Translations under genes and position numbers: made by a program | In this document: positions 1 through 8,487 of the stretch, in pieces | How the letters are laid out: the number at the start of each line of letters is the position of its first letter | How positions within the stretch are numbered: position 1 is the first letter of the stretch | Assembly (NCBI GenBank): GCA_964640155.1 | Contig: CAZXEQ010000003.1 | Location: 1-32,000 of the forward strand | Source: an uncultured bacterium | GTDB lineage: Bacteria; Auribacterota; JACPWU01 | Direction of reading: 5' to 3' | Length of the DNA: 32,000 nt | The notes under the pieces: generated by a model | Seen by the model: only the letters and a program-made list of their open reading frames with translations | Database searches by the model: none | Told to the model about the DNA's origin: nothing

Positions 1-163
1 AGATGTACCGGTGAGACCAGATGTTCCTTCTGATACTGCAAGAGTGGATGCAGTTACTCCTGATGTTCCTATGGGGGATGTAGTAATTTCTCCAGATGTA
101 CCGGTGAGACCAGATGTTCCTTCTGATACTGCAAGAGTAGATGCGGTTACTCCTGATGTTCCT
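1..163 (+). repeat. In-frame 93-nt (31-aa) tandem repeat at the start of the truncated large ORF; probably continues upstream of the window
   Basis: Bases 1-70 and 94-163 match at 68 of 70 positions by direct comparison (mismatches 46/139 and 52/145). The encoded unit is RPDVPSDTARVDAVTPDVP... and the PDVP motif recurs five times. Confidence 0.85.
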
Positions 164-3130
164 CCAACGACAGAAGAGCCTCTTGCTACAACAGGTGCTG
201 TTTTATTAAGCGGGAGAACTTCAAATGTAGCTGGGATACCTACGTATTTCCCTATATCAACCTATGTAAGTGTTGCAGGAAGAAATGGTGCAACAGCGGT
301 GGTGGATTGGTTGGGAACTGATCGCTATCGTGTAAGAGGACATGTTGATATAAGAAATCCAAATTCCGTCGCTTACATTATAATACGCCCTTCAGAACCT
401 ACGCTGTTGGATGCAACTAGATTACCAAGAGATGAGATGTATTTTTCTTTTGAAGCTACATTAGTCAATGGTTTTGCTGTTGTGATGCAAGATGATTTGA
501 ATAGACGTTATGTTGGCCGTACGAATCCATTTGGTAGTGGACGTTGGGGGTATGGTGTTTATGGAAATAATCCTACAGATGTTCCAGGAAATGGATGGAG
601 AATGGCCAGTCCTCCAGCGACAGGTCGATGGAGACAAATACAGATCCAAATTACTCCTGCCAATGTTAATCCTGTGGGAGCTCCTCCCTTATTTATGCCT
701 GGGGATTTTGTAATTGAGAATATAGCCGGTTTAGTTCATGGGCCCTTTGCAGTAAAGACAGGGAAAGATGGATCTCAGAAGAAAGAAATAGGTTTTGGAG
801 CTGTAGTGAATGGAGTATTTACTCCTTCATCATCCGACTCACCAGCTGCGTCATATGCAGCTGCGATTAATCAAATGATAGAAGATGCTTACCCAGATGC
901 TGAAGCAAGAAGCAAAGTGAATATTTCTAGGCTTTCTGTCTATGATGATTTGGACACAGTGGCGAGAGTTTTAAGCGAGGATAACACCGCCCTTGATTCA
1001 GATTTACTTGCTGAGAATCCTATTAGTAGAAGACCTAAATATTCACCAAGCAGTCGAGCTTTATTCTTTAGGCATGAGCAGACAGAACATAAGAGTGAAA
1101 TCTTACCTATTCTTCGCAGTTTGTCAGACTTTGCAAATATGACATGGGATGAGAAGGTAGCACTGGTACGAGAAATTGGATTAAAAGATGAACTCATGCA
1201 GTTCATATTAAGAACATGGATGTTATCTCGAGACGAACAGATTGCCGCAGTAGTTGAGTTTATGGGAACAGCTAGATCTCGTTTTACAGGCGAACCACTT
1301 TTTGCAGCATCAGAGCAAGAAATGGCCAGAGCTTATAGAGCATCACATACAAATGCTCAGATTTCGGGAGATTTAAAGACCTTGGTAGGAGAACCTAGAG
1401 AAGTAGGGCCTGTAGGAGCCCTTGTTGGAAGAATTGCTGGAAAGATTTCAGGTTTTGCTCAGCCTGTTTATGCTAATGCTTGGACTAAATTGCTTAAATC
1501 TTATATAGCTCAAATATTGGAAGATGTTGCTACCGATAATCGAGCTTTAATACAGGAAATTAATCAAGCGGTAGATGGTATAGGCCGACCTGGTATGACA
1601 TTGAATGGCTTAAATGATTTGATTCAGAGAGTTGTGGAAGTGAGCATTGCCCAAGTTGAAACGACTTCTGGGGCGATCGAAAAAGAAGCAAGAACTCGTT
1701 TGAGTACGGATCGCACAAGAGGACTTTTGGCTATATTCCTACAAATGGCCGATATGCGCAGAGATCGAATTACTTCACCTGTTGCTATTTATAATTTTGT
1801 AGAAGGCTTATCAGAAGAAGCCATGGCAGAGCAAGGAGTAAGAACGCTTGAAAGTATTTTGGATGGACTTCCTCAAGCAAGAGGTGCTGTTACGGTTGAT
1901 AGGGCTTTAGGACAATCTAGAGAGAAGATGGGAGGATTGGCTAATCTTATTAATCTCTTCAATGCTCTTGAAGAACTTCGGGAAGGAAAAGTGACAGAGG
2001 GATTACAGACACTTCAATCTTTGATAGCTCAGGCTGCATCAGATGCTGATTTAGCAAAACTAGCACTTCAAATCCAATCTAAAGTGTTGATGTTAGATGA
2101 ATTTGGAAATATTCAAACAGGTGAAGGTAAATCATCCATCGATACGACTGGAAAATTAAAGTCATTGGTTGAAAGAGTGGGTGTTCGCACCATTAACTTA
2201 GCCTCTGCATGCGTAAGTCCGGCAAAATTTGAAAGATTGCTAGAGGCATTGGGAGAAGATGAGAATATTAAGGCTCTTTCGAAAACAGGAAGTATTGATA
2301 TTGCAGGATTCGAGGATGGGGCTGCATTAAGAGTTACAAAAATAGGAGATGTGTTACAAGTGAGCGTTATCTCGGAATTAGCTAGATACCGTGAGGTTTA
2401 TGATCAACGTCAAGATTCATTAAGAGAAGCTCAACAACAAAGAAGTCAACCTTTTACTCAAATACAAGATCAGGTGACTTTGGGGCTCAACGCAAAGGTT
2501 GTAGATGGACAAATCAAAATCACTGCAGAGGGTGGAGACTTTGTGACTTATTATAGAAATCTGATGAGTGGAGCTGATCCCAATAAGCCTAAAAATACCT
2601 TCTTAATTTCATGGGTTGTAGGAGAAGGAATCAGTGCAGAAGAGCTACAAGCAAAAGAAGAACAAATCTTAAGAGCCATCTTCGGCGCAGCTTATGATGA
2701 ACTTCACCCTTATATTGCAAAAAATGTGAAGGTTGTTGTGAGTGCTAAAAAGGTTACAGGACAAGAACTTATTACAAAAGCCCAAGATCTCTTCTACACG
2801 GGACATACCATTCGTCCAGATACGGATGTTGCATTTATTCTGTCTACCGATGAATTAAGAGCAGGTCATTATGAAGTTGATGTGAATCTCAGAAAAATTC
2901 TTTTGATGGTGGATGAACCACTCAATGCTAAGAGTTTGGCAATGTTGGCCAGAGGTTTGACTAAAGAAGGTTTGATGACTGAAGAGATTCGAAAATTGCT
3001 TGGAGAATTGAAAGATCCAGAGACCTTAGCAGCGTTTAATCAAGGTCAGCATATTCCAAACGCACGAAGCATGATGGAAGACATACAAGCAGGTATGGCA
3101 AGCCGACATGCGGCAGAGAGAATGGCGTAA
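2..3130 (+). CDS. Large hypothetical protein, C-terminal >=1042 aa (5' end outside window)
   Basis: The frame is open from the window edge: codons 2-10 are in frame with the listed ORF 11..3130. Stop is TAA at 3128-3130. The N-terminus has 31-aa repeats, followed by a beta-rich segment (about aa 60-250, ending ...GDFVIENIAG) and then ~800 aa of helix-rich sequence. I recognise no family motif. Confidence 0.75.
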   Translation, partial: DVPVRPDVPSDTARVDAVTPDVPMGDVVISPDVPVRPDVPSDTARVDAVTPDVPPTTEEPLATTGAVLLSGRTSNVAGIPTYFPISTYVSVAGRNGATAVVDWLGTDRYRVRGHVDIRNPNSVAYIIIRPSEPTLLDATRLPRDEMYFSFEATLVNGFAVVMQDDLNRRYVGRTNPFGSGRWGYGVYGNNPTDVPGNGWRMASPPATGRWRQIQIQITPANVNPVGAPPLFMPGDFVIENIAGLVHGPFAVKTGKDGSQKKEIGFGAVVNGVFTPSSSDSPAASYAAAINQMIEDAYPDAEARSKVNISRLSVYDDLDTVARVLSEDNTALDSDLLAENPISRRPKYSPSSRALFFRHEQTEHKSEILPILRSLSDFANMTWDEKVALVREIGLKDELMQFILRTWMLSRDEQIAAVVEFMGTARSRFTGEPLFAASEQEMARAYRASHTNAQISGDLKTLVGEPREVGPVGALVGRIAGKISGFAQPVYANAWTKLLKSYIAQILEDVATDNRALIQEINQAVDGIGRPGMTLNGLNDLIQRVVEVSIAQVETTSGAIEKEARTRLSTDRTRGLLAIFLQMADMRRDRITSPVAIYNFVEGLSEEAMAEQGVRTLESILDGLPQARGAVTVDRALGQSREKMGGLANLINLFNALEELREGKVTEGLQTLQSLIAQAASDADLAKLALQIQSKVLMLDEFGNIQTGEGKSSIDTTGKLKSLVERVGVRTINLASACVSPAKFERLLEALGEDENIKALSKTGSIDIAGFEDGAALRVTKIGDVLQVSVISELARYREVYDQRQDSLREAQQQRSQPFTQIQDQVTLGLNAKVVDGQIKITAEGGDFVTYYRNLMSGADPNKPKNTFLISWVVGEGISAEELQAKEEQILRAIFGAAYDELHPYIAKNVKVVVSAKKVTGQELITKAQDLFYTGHTIRPDTDVAFILSTDELRAGHYEVDVNLRKILLMVDEPLNAKSLAMLARGLTKEGLMTEEIRKLLGELKDPETLAAFNQGQHIPNARSMMEDIQAGMASRHAAERMA

Positions 3131-3281
3131 AAGCGGTATCCCCAAACAGGGACTATCTCCTTCGGAGACTATTTGTAGAAGCTTGTAAAAGCTTGTCTTG
3201 TGCTTTTAAATTGACAGTTTTCTTTTTACGTTTTAGATTAAACCAAAGATTCATCAAATTTAGATCTTATACTTCACTTGG

Positions 3282-5576
3282 GTGTTTGTGAACTTGGTTG
3301 AATTTGTGGCTCCATTAACAAATAAAATTTCCTTTAATCAATTGATAGGGACTCCATTTCTTAAGGAGAAAACCTTTCAAGACTTCACCTTAAGTTCTAC
3401 CTTTCAGAAAGCTAAAAAACTCCACGCGCAGGGCCTTCAAGAAGACCGGTTTGGTTATAAAAGTCGGAAGGCAGGCATTTTTGGCGAATCTTCAAAAAAA
3501 GATGTAAAAGCCATTTCTGATTTTCTTAAGCTAAAAAAATCTCAAGGAGCTCGTGTTTTAATTCATACGGGCATTGGGGGACAGGCTCTTGGAAATAGGG
3601 CTCAGATTGAGCCAGTTGGAGAAGCAGAAGGTTTTCGTGTGTATGTTTTGGAAAAACTGGGCATTGATTTTAAATCTCTTTTTGAAGAAATTGAAGTTCA
3701 AGGATATCAACCCAGCCAAATTCTGATTCATGCTAGCTCCAAGTCGGGTACGACGGATGAAACGATGATTAATTTCCAAGGTGCCTTGAAGTTTCTCATT
3801 CGCGGCTTAGCTTCAGAATGGAAAATGGATTCTCAGATTGCTAAAAGTCTTATTCAAAAATATGAAGGTGTATCAGATTTGTCAAAATCTTCATTGGTCT
3901 CTCTAAATCTTACCTCCGAAGAGAAAAAGCTTTTGCAATTAGCTTTTGATCGAGTGGTGTTCACCACAACAATCAATATCTCTAAGAGTAGAATTTATGC
4001 TCTTGCTAAAAGTAATTTTGTGAAAGAGTTGTCTCAAGAAGTTCATGGGCAATCAAGAGAGCTCACTACTTTTGCTATTCCTGACAATGTGGGAGGACGT
4101 TTTTCTCGTCGATGTCAGTCAGGTTTAATCAGTGCAGGTTTTTCAGGACGGGATATTTCACAGATTCAATCTGGGTCTGAACAGGTGCTTTCCTTTTTTG
4201 AATCTGATGATCCCCAAGTGAATCCTGCTTTGAAGTTGGCCATTGCTATCTATCTTTTAGAGTATGACTTTATTTCATTTTCTGTTCAAAATTCTAGTTT
4301 GATTGCTGTTGCAGATGCTTTTCGTCAACTTTTTCCTGAGAGTAATGGAAAAGACGGACAAGGACCCTTTGTTGTATCTTCCATAGGTCAAAAAGAACTC
4401 AATGATCGAGCTCAAGCGTCTTTTCAAACAATTTTTTTTATCCTTAATATTGAAAAGGATCAAAAAGGCCAATCTATTGTTCCATTAAGTTTGAAAGATG
4501 CTTCAAAGCCTGTATTTATTTATTCTCAGAACAGTCTTTCAGAAGTCGAGGAAGCTCAAAGAGATCTTTTCTTCGACGATTTTACTGTTTGGTATGGGTT
4601 GCTAAAAGCAGCTGAGATTACAGATCATATAAAGTCGCCTGAATATCAAAAAAGAGATCCTCAAAATCAGCCCTTTGTAGAGCATGGTAAAAAATTAATG
4701 GAAAAAGCGGCTGGTGAATTGAATCGATCTGAAGATGCTTTAAATAAGCGTTATCAAAGTGAATGGCAAAAGGTTGAAAAAGGGCCCACTCTTTCTTCAA
4801 TTGCTTCTTTTGAAAATAAAAAACATGTCAACAATCAGAAATTTAAAAATGATTTACAATCTTTAATTGATCAAGAAATAGAACCTTCTTTAAAAAAACT
4901 TAAGCGCAAGAGTTCTTTACGGGGTGATGAATTATTAAAAATATTAGAAGAAATTGAGTCAAAAAAGAAAAACAGACTTAGTCTGAAAACATTTAATGAG
5001 AAGAGAACTTTAGATGATGAGATTGGCAATCTTTTTGGTCAAATTATTTCGATAGGATTTGAGAAACAAACAGATTCTATTGAGAAAGAAGCAAAACAAT
5101 TGGCTGCTTTGATTTTGTATGCTTTGAAGTATAAAAAAATCATTCTTCCCGTTTTTTATAGTGCTGATGTACAAGCAGAAACTTTGGGAGAGTGGTGGAG
5201 AAGAATGACGGGCAGCTTATTGAGCGATTATGGATTAGGAACCAGAGAGCAACATTCCCATTTTCAAAGCCTTTTAGACGGAAAAGATGTTGTTTGGCCG
5301 CTTCTTGTTGATATGGTGAGCCCTTTATCTGAAATCATTCAAAGGGAAGAGCCTGTTTGTGCTTATGGATTAGCCAAAGATTATCTGGATGGTTTATATC
5401 CTGATGAAGTCAGGAGATTGTATTTGGAAGCAGAAGAGAAAACTTTTTTTGAGATTGCTTGTCGCAGTGTGGCTGTTTTAAAAATGAAAGGCCTTTCTTC
5501 GAAAGAAGCAAAGCTTGAGGCCTATCGTTATTTGGGAAGGGCTTTGGTTCTTGTTCAAGCTTGCACAGAAGTTTGA
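3282..5576 (+). CDS. Glucose-6-phosphate isomerase-like (SIS/PGI superfamily) protein, atypically long with rearranged or duplicated catalytic segment
   Basis: PGI hallmarks read in the translation: IHTGIGGQALG (aa 94-104), SKSGTTDET (153-161), VGGRFS (270-275), ESNGK (353-357), NQPFVEHGK (462-470), GTREQHSHFQ (653-662). The start is uncertain: GTG at 3282, with alternatives GTG 3288 and TTG 3294, and no clear SD. Confidence 0.7.
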   Translation: MFVNLVEFVAPLTNKISFNQLIGTPFLKEKTFQDFTLSSTFQKAKKLHAQGLQEDRFGYKSRKAGIFGESSKKDVKAISDFLKLKKSQGARVLIHTGIGGQALGNRAQIEPVGEAEGFRVYVLEKLGIDFKSLFEEIEVQGYQPSQILIHASSKSGTTDETMINFQGALKFLIRGLASEWKMDSQIAKSLIQKYEGVSDLSKSSLVSLNLTSEEKKLLQLAFDRVVFTTTINISKSRIYALAKSNFVKELSQEVHGQSRELTTFAIPDNVGGRFSRRCQSGLISAGFSGRDISQIQSGSEQVLSFFESDDPQVNPALKLAIAIYLLEYDFISFSVQNSSLIAVADAFRQLFPESNGKDGQGPFVVSSIGQKELNDRAQASFQTIFFILNIEKDQKGQSIVPLSLKDASKPVFIYSQNSLSEVEEAQRDLFFDDFTVWYGLLKAAEITDHIKSPEYQKRDPQNQPFVEHGKKLMEKAAGELNRSEDALNKRYQSEWQKVEKGPTLSSIASFENKKHVNNQKFKNDLQSLIDQEIEPSLKKLKRKSSLRGDELLKILEEIESKKKNRLSLKTFNEKRTLDDEIGNLFGQIISIGFEKQTDSIEKEAKQLAALILYALKYKKIILPVFYSADVQAETLGEWWRRMTGSLLSDYGLGTREQHSHFQSLLDGKDVVWPLLVDMVSPLSEIIQREEPVCAYGLAKDYLDGLYPDEVRRLYLEAEEKTFFEIACRSVAVLKMKGLSSKEAKLEAYRYLGRALVLVQACTEV

Positions 5577-5718
5577 AATAAGAAAAAGTTCTTTTTTGTT
5601 TTATTATGTAAGGGAATTCAGTAGAATTCCTTGCAGCGCAGTAGGTGATGGATCTCATTGCACTTCAACAAGTAAGATGAGAGCGTGTATTGTAACTTAA
5701 GAAAAGGATGGATGGATT

Positions 5719-6303
5719 ATGAAGATGAAAGCCATGATTTTGGGAGCAGTAGCCATTTTATCTATATGTTGGAGTGCGTCTAGTTTTGCAGCAGATCAGC
5801 TTTTAGTTCATGATTTTGATTTAGGAGAAAAACCTTCAGAAAATGCCTATGATTTTGGTGCTTGGAACAAAGACCCCAATGATACGACTCAAGGATGTAC
5901 AGAAAGCTTTGAGACAGCAGAGAGATTTGGCGATAAAGGTATGAGTCTTCGCCTTGATTTTGATGTAGATTCTCCAGCTCCTGCTTACAATGGAATGTGG
6001 ATGAAGCTTAAAGAATTGGATCTCTCCAAGTATAAATTCTTGAATTTCTATATTAAAGGAGATCCACAAAAGGGTTTTAGTAAAGTGGTCAAGCTCGAGC
6101 TTAAGAACCCCAATGAAGTAGGAAAGAATCTTTACACAGAAGTAACAGGTGAATGGAAATTGGCAAAAATTCCTTTGTCTGAATTTCGTGGATTGAAGGA
6201 TTTAACCAAGGCTACAGAATTTGTTTTGGTTTTCGATGATATGAATACGAAGCCTAAAACTGGAACGATTTATTTAGATAATATTTTCTTCTCGGCTGAA
6301 TAG
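5719..6303 (+). CDS. Secreted stand-alone carbohydrate-binding-like beta-sandwich protein (CBM11-like by motif impression)
   Basis: RBS aaggatgg lies upstream of the ATG. Signal peptide MKMKAMILGAVAILSICWSASSFA/AD. The mature part (LLVHDFD...DFDVDSPAPAYNGMWMKL...GTIYLDNIFFS) is paralogous to modules in the next three genes. Confidence 0.8.
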   Translation: MKMKAMILGAVAILSICWSASSFAADQLLVHDFDLGEKPSENAYDFGAWNKDPNDTTQGCTESFETAERFGDKGMSLRLDFDVDSPAPAYNGMWMKLKELDLSKYKFLNFYIKGDPQKGFSKVVKLELKNPNEVGKNLYTEVTGEWKLAKIPLSEFRGLKDLTKATEFVLVFDDMNTKPKTGTIYLDNIFFSAE

Positions 6304-6324
6304 CAGTTGATGTGATGCAAAAAT

Positions 6325-6368
6325 AACCCCCTTTTATCCTCCTTAGTTTAAGGGGGAAAGAGGGGGTT
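6325..6368 (+). terminator. Extended GC-rich hairpin between the stand-alone CBM gene and the next gene (partial terminator or mRNA-stabilising stem)
   Basis: Outer stem aaccccctttt (6325-6335) pairs with aaagagggggtt (6357-6368). Inner stem cctcctt pairs with aaggggg around the loop agttt. No T-tract follows, so this is not a canonical intrinsic terminator. Confidence 0.35.
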
Positions 6369-6468
6369 CATTATATCTGTACACTTTATTATCAATTCCA
6401 TTTAATATAATTCACAAAGATAATTCTTAGTCAGACTTTTAAAGCCCTGCAAAAGGAGATTTAATGCA

Positions 6469-8484
6469 ATGAGGAAGTTAGCATTTTTATTGTTGTTCTT
6501 TTTTGTTCAGAAGATTTCTTTTTTAGATGAACTTCCTCAACTTCTTGTTCATGATTTTAACTATGGAGAGTTGAACAATCCTTTGGGCGGTGGCTCAGGA
6601 GCCTGGTGTTTGAATCCCGATGATGCTGAGCAGTTCTGCAATGTTTCCTTGGATGTGGACGTTCGGCATGGTGAAAAAGGTTTTTCCCTGAAAGTAGATT
6701 ATGATTTAGATTCTCCTGAACAGGCTCAAGGTGGATTTTGGACTCAGCTTTTAAAGAAAAACTTAAAAGAATACGATCATCTTAACTTTTTTGTAAAGGG
6801 AGATGCCAAAGCAGGATATACCCATCGATTTAGAATTGAGTTTAAGAAGTCAAAAGCTCCTGATAGTTCTGAAAAGCTAGTAGGTGGTTTTACAGTTGAT
6901 GGAGTAGGAGATGATTGGAAAGAGGTTTCCATTCCTTTGAATAAAATGTCCGGTATTATCGATTGGAATGATATTGAGGAAATGGTCATTGTTTTAAAAG
7001 ATCGCTTGGTTGATAAAAAGGTTGGCACTCTTTATTTCGATGATTTTCGTTTAGTTCGTACAGGTGAACCCGGCCCCAGCATTACCGATTCTGTTCCTAA
7101 AAAAATAGCTAAAGAATCAGACAAGGTTGAGGGAGAAGAAAGAGCGCGCGTTTTAGTGGCGCGTTTAAAAGGTTTTCCTGCACAAGTTGTTCTCAATAAA
7201 AAATTTCCAGAAGATGATAAAGCTTTTTTAAAAGAAGTGGCAAAAGATTCATGGGGCTTTTTTAGAGACATTGTAGATAAAGAAACAAACTTGCCTTTGG
7301 ATAATATTGCTTTTCCCAAAGAGGCGACTTTAGACCCTAAAACTTTTATTGGGGATTACACCAATGTTACTAATGTGGGTCTTTATCTGATGTGTTTAGT
7401 TTCTGGTCTTGATTTTGGCTTTATTGATTCAAAAGAAGCAATCCAGAGAATTACAGGAGTTTTGAACACGATAGAAAAACTCGAATCTCATCATGATTTT
7501 CTTTATAACTATTATGATACGACAACGGGTGAACGCACCAGCAATTTTGTAAGCTATGTCGACGAGGGATGGCTTACAGTTGGACTTATTGTTGTGAAAA
7601 ATGCGTTTCCAAAAGAGTTAGGGGATCGTTGCCAAAAGTTGATTTCAAAAAGAGATTTTTCGTTTTTTTATGACTCTGTAGAAGGGCAAATGTTTCATGG
7701 TTTTTATACCAATGTGGATGTCTATGCAGAGTATCATTATGGGGCTTTTTATACGGAACCTCGTGCCATCAGTTATATGAGTATTGGTAGAGATCAAGCA
7801 CCTATTGAACATTGGTTCAAAATGGCAAGAACCTTGCCCAAGGAGTACACATGGCAAGCACAGGAACCTCAAAATCGTGTCAAAAAAGAGGTTTTGGGAC
7901 ATAAATTTTATGGAGGGTATTATATTTTTAAGGGGACGCCTATTGTTCCAAGTTGGGGAGGAAGTCTTTTTGAAGCTCTTATGCCCACCATGATTATTGA
8001 TGAAAAAGGGTTAGCTCCCAAAGGATTGGGTTTAAATGATGAAAGATATGTGAAAGGGCATATTTCTTATACAAAAGAAGATTTAGGTTATCCTGTTTGG
8101 GGAATGTCTCCTTGTTCTGTTCCTCCAGGTGATGGATATGCAGAGTATGGAGTTCCGGGATTAGGTTTAAAATCATATGGGCAAGGTGTGGTAACTCCTC
8201 ATGTCACTTTTCTTTCGCTTGAGTTTGCCCCTGAGGAATCCATTAAAAATTTGCGTAAAATGATAGAGCTTTATCCTATCTACGGAGAATATGGCTTTTA
8301 TGATGCTGTGGCTGTCAAAACAGGAATTGTTTCAACAAAATACCTTTGTTTAGATCAAGCCATGAGCTTTATTGCGTTAAACAATTATTTAAATGACGGT
8401 GCTATTCGTAAAAGATTTATGTCTGATCCCATTGCTCAGAAGGTGACGGGACTTTTAAAAGAAGAAAAACTTTTTGAGGAGTAA
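6469..8484 (+). CDS. Secreted CBM-like module + DUF3131-type (alpha/alpha)6 glucanase-like protein
   Basis: RBS aaggag lies 10 nt upstream. Hydrophobic N-terminus. Aa ~22-198 carry the shared module (LLVHDFNYGE...DYDLDSPEQAQGGFWTQL...GTLYFDDFRL). The C-terminal ~450 aa carry DYTNVTNVGLYL, SWGGSLFEALMP, YGFYDA and LDQAMSFIALNNYL. These resemble DUF3131 and the glucanase-like region of cyclic beta-1,2-glucan synthases. Confidence 0.8.
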   Translation: MRKLAFLLLFFFVQKISFLDELPQLLVHDFNYGELNNPLGGGSGAWCLNPDDAEQFCNVSLDVDVRHGEKGFSLKVDYDLDSPEQAQGGFWTQLLKKNLKEYDHLNFFVKGDAKAGYTHRFRIEFKKSKAPDSSEKLVGGFTVDGVGDDWKEVSIPLNKMSGIIDWNDIEEMVIVLKDRLVDKKVGTLYFDDFRLVRTGEPGPSITDSVPKKIAKESDKVEGEERARVLVARLKGFPAQVVLNKKFPEDDKAFLKEVAKDSWGFFRDIVDKETNLPLDNIAFPKEATLDPKTFIGDYTNVTNVGLYLMCLVSGLDFGFIDSKEAIQRITGVLNTIEKLESHHDFLYNYYDTTTGERTSNFVSYVDEGWLTVGLIVVKNAFPKELGDRCQKLISKRDFSFFYDSVEGQMFHGFYTNVDVYAEYHYGAFYTEPRAISYMSIGRDQAPIEHWFKMARTLPKEYTWQAQEPQNRVKKEVLGHKFYGGYYIFKGTPIVPSWGGSLFEALMPTMIIDEKGLAPKGLGLNDERYVKGHISYTKEDLGYPVWGMSPCSVPPGDGYAEYGVPGLGLKSYGQGVVTPHVTFLSLEFAPEESIKNLRKMIELYPIYGEYGFYDAVAVKTGIVSTKYLCLDQAMSFIALNNYLNDGAIRKRFMSDPIAQKVTGLLKEEKLFEE

Positions 8485-8487
8485 TCT

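Noticed and set aside
461-1206. Short ORFs inside or antisense to the first large gene (461..649 -, 510..713 +, 940..1206 -).
   Set aside because: They are fully embedded in a much longer ORF with coherent protein-like sequence, have no RBS and are Cys/Ser/Ile-rich shadow frames. The same reasoning applies to the other 60-105-aa ORFs nested in 3282-5576, 6469-13324, 13773-15728, 16148-23277 and 24827-30963 (for example 11399..12438, 20502..20917, 26423..26689, 27458..27769).
5515-5700. 61-aa plus-strand ORF overlapping the end of the PGI-like gene. Also a 9-bp hairpin (agggaattc-agta-gaattcctt, 5611-5632) as a possible terminator.
   Set aside because: The ORF is an out-of-frame overlap without an RBS. 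The hairpin is real but short, contains a G-U pair and has no T-tract, so I did not list it as a feature.
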